IMG/VR virus record: IMGVR_UViG_3300035666_000005
Span: 32,001-96,000 of that record
DNA length: 64,000 nucleotides
Source of the DNA: a virus
Strand: one strand, 5' to 3'
Below the pieces are notes generated by a model, which searched no databases, had not been told where the DNA came from, and saw only the letters and a list, made by a program, of their open reading frames with translations. Shown here piece by piece: positions 48,444 to 56,713 of this stretch (positions within the stretch are counted from its first letter, which is position 1; each line of letters starts with the position of its first letter). The translations under genes were made by a program, and so were the position numbers.

Positions 48444-48977
48444 TTAATTTAGTGTTCTTTGATATTCTTGAATTATATAATGTGAAATGCCTTCGGTATC
48501 ATCTCCAGCAATTTGATCGGGAATTGCATTATATTTTAAGTACATTTTTACAGTTTTATCTAATTCCGCTTTGCAGTCTTGAGCTAAACCCCTAAAGTTT
48601 TTAGATATTTCATTTTTATTAATTTTTGTAATAGTGCTATCGCCCTCTTTTAAAGTAGTCCAATCACTACCAATAGTTGCAGAACTTTTTGCCAAGTTTC
48701 TAGACTGGTTTTTTAAAAAATCGCAATCAAATATTATTTTATAAATAGCTAATTGATCATTGTTTGGTTCTGGGGTAATACCATAACCAGTAATAAGATT
48801 TTGTTCATTTTTATAGGCAACTCCAGAAAAAGATGTACCTATTAAATTATTTAGTTTCCCTAAATTAGAGTTATCTATAAACCAAGAAGTCAACCGTGCT
48901 GGTGTATAATCTATAGGCTCTCCTAAATCATAATAAACGTTAGTAACAAATTGTGTTAAATAATCTTGACAGTTCAC
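48444..48977 (-). CDS. putative head-tail adaptor
   Basis: helical; LKEGDSTIT strand typical of adaptors; GTG start with GTGTAA element 8 nt upstream. Confidence 0.5.
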   Translation of the reverse strand: MNCQDYLTQFVTNVYYDLGEPIDYTPARLTSWFIDNSNLGKLNNLIGTSFSGVAYKNEQNLITGYGITPEPNNDQLAIYKIIFDCDFLKNQSRNLAKSSATIGSDWTTLKEGDSTITKINKNEISKNFRGLAQDCKAELDKTVKMYLKYNAIPDQIAGDDTEGISHYIIQEYQRTLN

Positions 48978-48996
48978 ACATTATTTTACACAAAAA

Positions 48997-49374
48997 TTAG
49001 GCACCTTCTCTTAAGATCTTTTTGGCTTTAGCGTCTAAATCATCAACGGATTTAACTTGGCCAGTAGCGACATTACTACCATAACGTGAATTCCATTTTA
49101 CAAACTCTTGGGCTAAACGATCTGTAAGAACTTTTCTATCTGGCGTGGGAACTAGTCCGATCTTATATGCATGTGCTTGTAAATCAGTCATATTCATTTC
49201 AGCTAATTGTCCACGATATTCTTCTGAGCTATTAGCCGTGTATATAGAAAGAGTTTCTCCCAAAATTTCATCTAAAGAAGAGGGTTGTTTTTGAACTTTT
49301 TCTTCTTTTCCGTGTACTTGTAACATTTCTTTTTTTGAAGGGCGTCCTCTTTTCTTTTTAGGTTGAGTATTCAT
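48997..49374 (-). CDS. small protein with AT-hook and Rho_N-like helix pair
   Basis: KKKRGRPSKK; LAEMNMTDLQAHAYKIGL. Confidence 0.55.
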   Translation of the reverse strand: MNTQPKKKRGRPSKKEMLQVHGKEEKVQKQPSSLDEILGETLSIYTANSSEEYRGQLAEMNMTDLQAHAYKIGLVPTPDRKVLTDRLAQEFVKWNSRYGSNVATGQVKSVDDLDAKAKKILREGA

Positions 49375-49417
49375 CTTAAATATTATATTATTTTATATAA
49401 TAATAATCTAATTTTTA

Positions 49418-49447
49418 TAAAAAAAGAGCCACCCTTTCGGGTGGCCC
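49418..49447 (-). terminator. rho-independent terminator after the major capsid gene
   Basis: GCCACCC-GAAA-GGGTGGC followed by TCTTTTTTT. Confidence 0.88.
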
Positions 49448-49471
49448 TTAATTTTTAAACTACTAGTTTAA

Positions 49472-50596
49472 TTATACAATTAAACCAACAGCGGCACGAG
49501 CGTCAACAGCTACGCGGCCTTCTTCTACATAACTGTAGAAACCAACTTTTTGGCTACGAGCCAAGAATTGATCGTCAGGAAGAACCTTGACTTGACCACG
49601 GCTTTCGCTTTGGATTGCGACTGGGCGCAAGAAAGCGTTACGGCTAGCGTCGATACCGAGGATTAACTCGTCGTCAGCGCTTGTGAATGTTGTTCCACCA
49701 GTTAGGCCATATTCATTGAATTGTGTTGTACCAGCGAAGGTATCGAACAAGTCGTTATATTTGCGGCCCGCACCGAGTTCAAGCAATTCATGAATTGTTA
49801 CGCCGAAGATTTCGTTCGTACCAGCGGCACGATAGATTTCTTCACGAACGCTGTCAGGAAGAGCTACCGAAGTAGCACCACTTGTAGTAACAGCACCAGA
49901 ACGGGTGTTCATTGGCTGATAAGCGAACGCACGAATTTGTTCTTTGACTTCTGGGCTTACGAAGATGTCGGTCAAGCCACGGCTCTGAAGAGCTTGTGGC
50001 GTACCGCCTGTGTAAGCAGCATTAAGTCTACGGACTAAAGTCCAAAGTTTATTCATGTCGTCGAGTTGGAAGGTATCCTGAGTACCGACACGGAAAACGT
50101 GTTTAGTACTGTTTGTGGAAGCTTCGGCCAAGAGTTTGAGAATAACAGCCCAAGCATTACGTTCTTGTTTTACAAGAATTTCATTGGCCATACGTTCTAA
50201 ACCAGCGGCTACAACGTCGAGACGTGCTCTACGAACATAACGCTTGTCCATACTGATTGCACTGTCAAGACGATAGGTATTAACCTTCATTTCTTGCATG
50301 CCTTGGACAAAGTTTGTAGGAAGTCCACCGCCAACAGTTTGTGACCAAACGCTGATGTGTCCTTCATTAAGACCATAGTATAAGTCGAGAGGAATCGATG
50401 GGGAATCGTCTTCGTCAAATTCTACGTCACGATAAATCATTGAAGCAGTACCGGCTTGTAAGAGAACTTGCTGAACAACATCACTGATGAATGCAGCAAA
50501 AGCTTCTTGAGCTTCTACAGCTACAGTTTTGTTGTCTGAAGCAAGAGCCTTGATAAGCTCGATTTGCTCAGGATTTTTGTCGAATTGAATTTTCAT
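49472..50596 (-). CDS. major capsid protein (HK97 fold)
   Basis: 374 aa after protease-scaffold and decoration genes; strongly biased codon use; followed by a terminator. Confidence 0.85.
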   Translation of the reverse strand: MKIQFDKNPEQIELIKALASDNKTVAVEAQEAFAAFISDVVQQVLLQAGTASMIYRDVEFDEDDSPSIPLDLYYGLNEGHISVWSQTVGGGLPTNFVQGMQEMKVNTYRLDSAISMDKRYVRRARLDVVAAGLERMANEILVKQERNAWAVILKLLAEASTNSTKHVFRVGTQDTFQLDDMNKLWTLVRRLNAAYTGGTPQALQSRGLTDIFVSPEVKEQIRAFAYQPMNTRSGAVTTSGATSVALPDSVREEIYRAAGTNEIFGVTIHELLELGAGRKYNDLFDTFAGTTQFNEYGLTGGTTFTSADDELILGIDASRNAFLRPVAIQSESRGQVKVLPDDQFLARSQKVGFYSYVEEGRVAVDARAAVGLIV

Positions 50597-50622
50597 ATTT
50601 TTTATAATTTCTTTCTAATTGA

Positions 50623-51159
50623 TTAGAGTTCTACCTTGAGTAAAGCATATCCTTCGTCGTTTTTAGGTCCGAGGAATTTACCAACTGTTGCGCTGCCATA
50701 GGCAACTACTTTAAGGTCTCCACCGCCAGCGTCGGAAACAGCTGCGCCGCTACCGAATCCTGGGGTGCCAACAATACCGTTAACAAGAACAAGACCCTTC
50801 GTAAGAATAGGACATGCTTGACCACTGATGATGACATCCATCTCAGCTGCCTTGCGTGGGTTGAAAATTAATTGTTCACCGTTCTCATCAACTTTGCGAA
50901 CGTCTTTGAGCAATAATCCAACGATTGCACCTTTAGCTGCGCCAGAAGCGGCTGGGCTAACAGTCCAAGGAACATTGAATTGTGCTGAAAGAGTATTCCC
51001 GTAGGATGAGAGGTTATCTAAAGATGAAGCGTCTTTGAGATTAACACCATTGCTGTCGGCTGTAACTACAGTACCTTTATTGGCACTTACGGCATTGACG
51101 GCGAAAAGGTTAATAACATCATGCTCATCATAATCTCTGAATGGTTTTAAATTTGCCAT
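50623..51159 (-). CDS. capsid decoration/cement protein
   Basis: 178 aa, Gly/Ala/Val-rich, between scaffold and capsid genes; codon bias like the capsid gene. Confidence 0.65.
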   Translation of the reverse strand: MANLKPFRDYDEHDVINLFAVNAVSANKGTVVTADSNGVNLKDASSLDNLSSYGNTLSAQFNVPWTVSPAASGAAKGAIVGLLLKDVRKVDENGEQLIFNPRKAAEMDVIISGQACPILTKGLVLVNGIVGTPGFGSGAAVSDAGGGDLKVVAYGSATVGKFLGPKNDEGYALLKVEL

Positions 51160-51181
51160 AATATTTTTTTCTTTCTTTTAT

Positions 51182-51835
51182 TTATTTGATTTTTACGCTA
51201 TTTTTATTGAAAGCGGCACCGATTTTTTCAACCAGTGACACTTCTTGAGGAGAGGAAGCGTTTGGAAGGACTTCTTCCGTTACCTCTGCACTCGAAATTA
51301 CTTCTTCTACAGTTTTTTCTTCGCTAGCTACAACTTCGGAAGTTTCGGAAGCTTTTTCTTCTTTTACTTCTTCCTTCATTTCTTCTTTTTTGTACTCAGC
51401 TTTAGCGGCTTTCTTTTTAGCGGCTGCGAATGTAGAGAACTTCTTATACCATTTTTCGAACTGTTCGTCGTTTTCAATGGCGTTTAAATCTTCTGCGATG
51501 ATACTACGATCTTCATCAGTAAGATCGAACTCTTCATCAAGCAAGGCCATACGGCGTTGGAAATTGGCTTCAATTTCTTTAGCTTTGAGGTCTTCTTGAA
51601 TCTTCGTGAATTCTTCTTTTACTTTTTCACTATCAGCCTTGATTGCTTCGAGATCTGTTTTCAATGTTGAAATTTGATCTTCGGCAGCTTTAAGTGCTGT
51701 TTCTTTTTCTTCAACTTTTGATTTCCATTCTTGGGCAAGTTCTGCAATACGATTCGAAATAAATTCACGAACAGCACTAGCAGCAACTTCCTTGATGGAA
51801 TCGTCCGTAATATCATCAATATTTTTTAGTTGCAT
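51182..51835 (-). CDS. nested in-frame scaffolding protein (217 aa)
   Basis: internal ATG (MQLKNIDD) 8 nt after ATGTAA, at the start of the coiled-coil domain. Confidence 0.55.
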   Translation of the reverse strand: MQLKNIDDITDDSIKEVAASAVREFISNRIAELAQEWKSKVEEKETALKAAEDQISTLKTDLEAIKADSEKVKEEFTKIQEDLKAKEIEANFQRRMALLDEEFDLTDEDRSIIAEDLNAIENDEQFEKWYKKFSTFAAAKKKAAKAEYKKEEMKEEVKEEKASETSEVVASEEKTVEEVISSAEVTEEVLPNASSPQEVSLVEKIGAAFNKNSVKIK

Positions 51836-53002
51836 ATTATTTTTTACATTATTATTTTCTTCAGGGACACTTTTTTTATTCATTTTAATTTCAGAAGACT
51901 CTACTTCATTTTCTTCTTCATCATCTTCTTCTTCAATTTCTTCATAATCTTCACTACCACATTTGGGGCAAACTTCGGCTTCAGAGCCTTTGTATCCGCA
52001 TTTAGCGCAAACATATTTTTCTTCTTCGGCTTTAACAGTTTCTTCTATTTGCGGCTTATCATAAGAAATAACTACACCACTAACTTCGGCGGCTGGAGTA
52101 TTGGTAAAACCAATTCCTAATGGAAGAACATTTCCTTGAAGATTTAAAAGAACCATCTCACCATCTTCAGTGAATCCGTTTCCACCAAATACTTTAAGGC
52201 GATCTTTTAATTCTACAATATCTTCTTCTTTCTCAATAATAGTTGCATCTGCTAAATTTTTATTACCTTTAGCAACATTAAATTCATTGAACCCGAGTTC
52301 CCAACTTGCACTAACAGAAAGATATTTATTAGAAGATGGGTCGCTACTCTCAACGAGTTCTGAAGCAAAATCAGGATTTACAATTTTCCATACATATCCA
52401 GAAAGAACTACATTAAACGGATCTTTCATCGCTTTAACCTCTTCCAAAGTCAAAGGTTTGCTACTCCCAAATTCGCTGAAGCCGTATCCAGTACAAACAC
52501 CAACAACGACTTTACGGTTATGTTCAATATTAAAAGGCTTATTAATAAAATTTTCAACCATTGCTAGTGCAACGTCTGTACTAATAATGTGTCCATTTTT
52601 ATTTCCGCGATTAACAACGAAAGCATCAAAAGCAACGCCCATCAAATCACGATTCACATCAAGATCAACATTCTTAGGAAGATATTCTTTTAATTGGTCA
52701 ACAGATGCCACTGCTAAATATTTGTCCTCGTCAGATGAAACCATCGCCTGAACTATAATCCCGTCAAAACGAATTGAATATTTAAAATCTTTCATTGTAT
52801 CCATTGGTAAATTTACACTTTGTTCTTCTAATAGGGCAACATTTTTGAGTTTGTTGCTAATAACAATTTTATTGTTTTCAAATTTATCTAGCTCCATAGC
52901 GCACAAAGAGATAGGGCGCGAGAAAGAAAAAAGTAAATCGGACAAGTCAAACCCAGTTAAGGAGTCAACATTTTTTACTGGCTCATCATCGTAAGTCGGC
53001 AT
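51182..53002 (-). CDS. prohead protease-scaffold fusion
   Basis: NKNGH, FINKPFNIEH, VSASWE, GIGFTNTPAA protease motifs; CxxC-CxxC ribbon; C-terminal coiled coil. Confidence 0.82.
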   Translation of the reverse strand: MPTYDDEPVKNVDSLTGFDLSDLLFSFSRPISLCAMELDKFENNKIVISNKLKNVALLEEQSVNLPMDTMKDFKYSIRFDGIIVQAMVSSDEDKYLAVASVDQLKEYLPKNVDLDVNRDLMGVAFDAFVVNRGNKNGHIISTDVALAMVENFINKPFNIEHNRKVVVGVCTGYGFSEFGSSKPLTLEEVKAMKDPFNVVLSGYVWKIVNPDFASELVESSDPSSNKYLSVSASWELGFNEFNVAKGNKNLADATIIEKEEDIVELKDRLKVFGGNGFTEDGEMVLLNLQGNVLPLGIGFTNTPAAEVSGVVISYDKPQIEETVKAEEEKYVCAKCGYKGSEAEVCPKCGSEDYEEIEEEDDEEENEVESSEIKMNKKSVPEENNNVKNNMQLKNIDDITDDSIKEVAASAVREFISNRIAELAQEWKSKVEEKETALKAAEDQISTLKTDLEAIKADSEKVKEEFTKIQEDLKAKEIEANFQRRMALLDEEFDLTDEDRSIIAEDLNAIENDEQFEKWYKKFSTFAAAKKKAAKAEYKKEEMKEEVKEEKASETSEVVASEEKTVEEVISSAEVTEEVLPNASSPQEVSLVEKIGAAFNKNSVKIK

Positions 53003-53020
53003 TTTATTATTATAAATACA

Positions 53021-53026
53021 TTACAC
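53021..53026 (-). promoter_or_regulatory. late-promoter candidate GTGTAA (representative copy; others at 1009, 17367, 18318, 26280, 32600, 43226, 45371, 48986, 52813, 59983)
   Basis: same hexamer plus an AT-rich run upstream of many minus-strand starts. Confidence 0.75.
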
Positions 53027-53045
53027 TAATTTTTATAATTTATAA

Positions 53046-53741
53046 TTATAATCTTGCTGCTTGGATATGCATCGCATCCATATTTCTTTCTTTTAACAAA
53101 CTAACCCAGCCTTCAGATTCTACAATTTTCCAAAAATCATTATAAACCGGTTTTGCAAAAGATGCCTTATCTTTCCCCCATTTTAATTGATTATTATCTG
53201 GATCTAAATCAATTGCCGCTCCCCAGCTATGTATGCTCCAAGCTGATCCCCCGCGCATACGACGAACATTTAAACACCCGCCAAAAATATCTAAACGCAA
53301 TTTAGATATTTCTTTTTCGCCATATATTTTCAATGTATTTTCAAAAATTGTATAAAGTGATTTCGAAACTTTTTCATGACAAGTAATTCGTGTTAATGTT
53401 GTCGATGGTGCCCATGCTAATTTAAGTTTATATGGAAGATCTAGTTTAGTTTGATTTTCACCGACTGGTCCATAAAAATTAACCATACTTGTATAATTTT
53501 GTTTTGGCCATTTTTGAGAAAGTGGCGTATTGTTAGAAATATTAGTTACAAGTTTCCAAGTTTTCGGACCTACAACCCCATCTGGTTTTAAACCATTTTT
53601 AAGTTGAAATTTTATAGTCTCCCGTTCAGTTGCTGGACCAAAAGCCCCGTCAACATAAGGAATTTTATAACCAGCGCTCTGCAAAAACAATTGCCATTGT
53701 TTTACTTCTTCACTCACATCTCCTTTTTGTAAAACTTTCAT
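53046..53741 (-). CDS. endolysin: PG-binding domain + M15 peptidase
   Basis: DGAFGPATERE..KFQ...GLKPDGVVGPKTW; R.MRGG..WSIHSWGAAIDLD...DAMHIQ. Confidence 0.92.
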   Translation of the reverse strand: MKVLQKGDVSEEVKQWQLFLQSAGYKIPYVDGAFGPATERETIKFQLKNGLKPDGVVGPKTWKLVTNISNNTPLSQKWPKQNYTSMVNFYGPVGENQTKLDLPYKLKLAWAPSTTLTRITCHEKVSKSLYTIFENTLKIYGEKEISKLRLDIFGGCLNVRRMRGGSAWSIHSWGAAIDLDPDNNQLKWGKDKASFAKPVYNDFWKIVESEGWVSLLKERNMDAMHIQAARL

Positions 53742-53745
53742 ATTA

Positions 53746-54219
53746 TTACCCTTCTTGATTAAACACCCAATCTATTGGGGCATATGATAGGTCATTTTTA
53801 TATTTTTCAGCATAGACAACCGTTTGTTCTTCAATAATTTTTTCTTCACGTTGCTCAGATGTCAATACAGAATCTAAATTTGTGTTAGAGCTGCTGGCAA
53901 AACGAAAATCAGCAACAGTTTGAACGCCCAAGTAAGCTGCGATAATAATCGCAAAAACTTCTATTGTTTTTGAAAAAATTTGAACATAGCCAGCTATAAG
54001 CTCATTCCCTTTTGGTAAAAAAAACAAAACCGCAACAGAAATTATATAAAATAACATCAAACTAATAAATGATGTGAAGGCTATAAAAAATTTTTTAGAT
54101 GCAAAGTGGTTTTCATTACGCATTGCTTTATACAATTCTATAGAAGTTCCTGGCGGCGCTTTGCTAGAGCTTAAAAACGCTCCAGCTGATTTAAATAAAT
54201 TAGTTATATTAGTCCACAT
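53746..54219 (-). CDS. putative holin
   Basis: SKKF followed by two transmembrane helices, AYLGVQ; directly upstream of the endolysin. Confidence 0.7.
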   Translation of the reverse strand: MWTNITNLFKSAGAFLSSSKAPPGTSIELYKAMRNENHFASKKFFIAFTSFISLMLFYIISVAVLFFLPKGNELIAGYVQIFSKTIEVFAIIIAAYLGVQTVADFRFASSSNTNLDSVLTSEQREEKIIEEQTVVYAEKYKNDLSYAPIDWVFNQEG

Positions 54220-54970
54220 ATAATTGCCACCCTTTATATTCTTTACGTTTTCCCTGTATCATACGACAAAATTGTGTTTTTTCTAAACCTCTTTCTCGGC
54301 AGAAATTTAAACATCCAAAACCAGCTGGAACAATTTCATTTGTTAAAGTATTTATTAGAGCTGGTCTTGGTTTAGATTTGTTTTCAGAAATTTTTCTACA
54401 TGTTTCGGATGATCGTTTACGTCCAGTATGAAAAGCGATTATTTTTGCGATACTTTCGGATGATTTTTGACGACCTATTCCCGCAAGTCCAATTTTTCGT
54501 TTTGATTCTTCAGTATGTTTTTTTCCTAAAAATCTTTTAGCATGTTTGCTATTTGTTCCTATTTTACGCTTATGTTCTTCGGAAAGTTTTTTGCCTTTAT
54601 GTGCTAGAGACATTTTACGTTTAGATTCTTCAGTCCTTTTTCTTCCTTTAAGTTTTAAAATATTTTCTGTAGAAAGTTTACCTTTACTACCGCCACCTTC
54701 TCGTAGATTATAATTATCACGTTGATTTATAAATTCTTCTGTTACTAAACATTTTTCAAAAAAATTAAGAGCTACCTGATTAACAGCAAAAAGCAATATT
54801 TCTTTTTTAAAATTATCTTTACCATATTTTTTTAACGCCTTCAAAAGGCTAGATCCACTGCCCATATATCCATCATTTAAATTTTTTGTGGTGTGTTGCC
54901 CAATATACGTTTTTCTATTTATTAAATTTGTTATTTCATATATATAATAATATGTTTTATCAGATTCCAT
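54209..54970 (-). CDS. free-standing GIY-YIG homing endonuclease with NUMOD3 repeats
   Basis: YIYEITNLINRKTYIGQH, GYMGSG, YNLREGG; repeated [RH]TEESKRK[MI]; start MESDK at 54970. Confidence 0.9.
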   Translation of the reverse strand: MESDKTYYYIYEITNLINRKTYIGQHTTKNLNDGYMGSGSSLLKALKKYGKDNFKKEILLFAVNQVALNFFEKCLVTEEFINQRDNYNLREGGGSKGKLSTENILKLKGRKRTEESKRKMSLAHKGKKLSEEHKRKIGTNSKHAKRFLGKKHTEESKRKIGLAGIGRQKSSESIAKIIAFHTGRKRSSETCRKISENKSKPRPALINTLTNEIVPAGFGCLNFCRERGLEKTQFCRMIQGKRKEYKGWQLYVD

Positions 54971-54974
54971 AAGA

Positions 54975-55496
54975 TTATAAAAATACCCAAACAAGTGTTG
55001 CAAATAATCCAGCTCCGCCGATTGGAACTAACAAATTATATGGTGGTGGAACAAAAGTCATAAATTGTAATCCCAACAAAACACCGCCAGCAGCCGCAAT
55101 AAGCGCAGCAATCAATTTGAGACGATGATAACGTTTAATCGCATTTGTAAATTTTTCAAGCCATTTTTGTGCTTCGGCTTGTTGTACTACACCCCATTCT
55201 TTTAAAGTAGTAATATCTTTATTTAACTTTTCAATTTGTATAAATCCATTTTTAATATTAGTATTAGCTTCATTTAAATTTTGTTTCAACTTCGCGTTTT
55301 CATTTTTTGCAATTTTTAATTCGGATTGCAATTCTTTAACTATTTGTTTTGCGTCCTGTATTGGGTTTTTAGATTTTTCTACAACAACTGGAGTTGGTTT
55401 TGGAACTGGTGTGGGCTTTGGTTTTGGTTTCCAAAATTGTCCGAAACTTGTTCCAGACAAAATTAATAATATAATGAATGGTAATAATTTTTTCAT
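54975..55496 (-). CDS. spanin-like / membrane coiled-coil lysis protein
   Basis: signal peptide, PKPTP linker, coiled coil, two C-terminal transmembrane helices. Confidence 0.5.
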   Translation of the reverse strand: MKKLLPFIILLILSGTSFGQFWKPKPKPTPVPKPTPVVVEKSKNPIQDAKQIVKELQSELKIAKNENAKLKQNLNEANTNIKNGFIQIEKLNKDITTLKEWGVVQQAEAQKWLEKFTNAIKRYHRLKLIAALIAAAGGVLLGLQFMTFVPPPYNLLVPIGGAGLFATLVWVFL

Positions 55497-55765
55497 TTAA
55501 TTGGTTCCTTTACATTCTTAGAATTTTCTTCTTGAATTTGTTCTAATAGTTTTTCTAAACGCTCAGCGAGTGTTAAAGCTTTATCTACTTTTTCGCCAAC
55601 AATTGTATTTGAATCACCGGCTTTTTCTAATTCTGTTTTTGTTTTTTCTAAAGAATTAATAACTTCTCCGGTGTTCGCAATTGGTGGCGCAGATTTTTTA
55701 TGATCTGGATTCAAACATACGCATCCAGTTAAAATAAGTGTTAAAACTAATAAAAAATATTTCAT
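55493..55765 (-). CDS. lipoprotein, o-spanin-like
   Basis: MKYFLLVLTLILTGC lipobox, coiled coil; ATGA-type overlap with the next gene. Confidence 0.6.
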   Translation of the reverse strand: MKYFLLVLTLILTGCVCLNPDHKKSAPPIANTGEVINSLEKTKTELEKAGDSNTIVGEKVDKALTLAERLEKLLEQIQEENSKNVKEPIK

Positions 55766-55803
55766 ATTATATATGTACACGTAAAATAAATTATTAAAAC
55801 AAT

Positions 55804-56712
55804 TTATCCCAAATCTATAACTTCATATGGAATATAATCTAATTCAAAAATTCTAAAAGCAAATTTATAAGTACTACCAGAGATTACGTTTAAAAATATA
55901 GAGTTTCCATTTGCCTCTAACGAGCCATCTAAATTAGAATCCCCATAAAAAAAAGTTCCAGCTTCGCCACTAAATAAAAATCTAAATTGTATTCCAGTAT
56001 TTTGATCGAATGTTAACGTTTTTTCATAACGCCACCCATCATAATAATAATTATAGTCTAATAGGGTTGTACCAATTGGGCTATAATCGCTTACTAAATA
56101 TCCGGTAGTATTGCTAGCCACATTCGGAGACCCGCCAGCAGTAAACTTTAATGTATTGGGATTAAAAGTAATTCTAAAATTTCCTTTAGCATTATCTGTA
56201 ATCGTAATACCGTTATAACCACCCGAAAGTATGGCCGTCCCCTCTAACCCAAAGACTCCTCCCCACGTTTTATTTACTCCGGAGCCACCAGTTCCATCCC
56301 AGAATCTATAAAAAAGATTTTGACTAACAGGTAAAAAAACTGCTCCAAAATATTTTACCCAAGAACCATTGGATGGGTTATATGATAGCATTCTTTGTTC
56401 AACCCCAAGATTGTTAAAATCAAAGGTTTGCCCACTACCTTCTACATAATAAAAATTATCAGACTGGTAATTACCCCATGTATAATTATAGTTTACATTA
56501 GAATTAATTCCGCTAGTATTCCCATCTCCCCAATCGGCAGTAATACTCCCATTAGTATAGGTAACACGAAAGTTACTTAAAGTTTTATTAAGGGGGTTAT
56601 CCGAAAATTGCCACAAGTTTCCGCTTGGTGACGGCCAAACTAGAGTTGTTCCCATGTATAAACGGCTAACAATTCCAGACCCCAAATGAAAATTATTAGC
56701 CTGTTGTAGCAT
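55804..56712 (-). CDS. fibre-tip/receptor-binding protein with tandem SusE/F-like carbohydrate-binding modules
   Basis: N-terminal RLYMGTTLVW motif; PKD-like ADWGDG; two repeats Y...W...F.F...[WY]G...L[ED]G...NxI...GxY[RK]. Confidence 0.55.
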   Translation of the reverse strand: MLQQANNFHLGSGIVSRLYMGTTLVWPSPSGNLWQFSDNPLNKTLSNFRVTYTNGSITADWGDGNTSGINSNVNYNYTWGNYQSDNFYYVEGSGQTFDFNNLGVEQRMLSYNPSNGSWVKYFGAVFLPVSQNLFYRFWDGTGGSGVNKTWGGVFGLEGTAILSGGYNGITITDNAKGNFRITFNPNTLKFTAGGSPNVASNTTGYLVSDYSPIGTTLLDYNYYYDGWRYEKTLTFDQNTGIQFRFLFSGEAGTFFYGDSNLDGSLEANGNSIFLNVISGSTYKFAFRIFELDYIPYEVIDLG

Positions 56713-56713
56713 A

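Noticed and set aside
49721-52751. Plus-strand ORFs antisense to the capsid and protease genes (also those antisense to the tape measure and nrdJ)
   Set aside because: Shadow ORFs caused by codon bias of the real minus-strand genes; no recognisable motifs.
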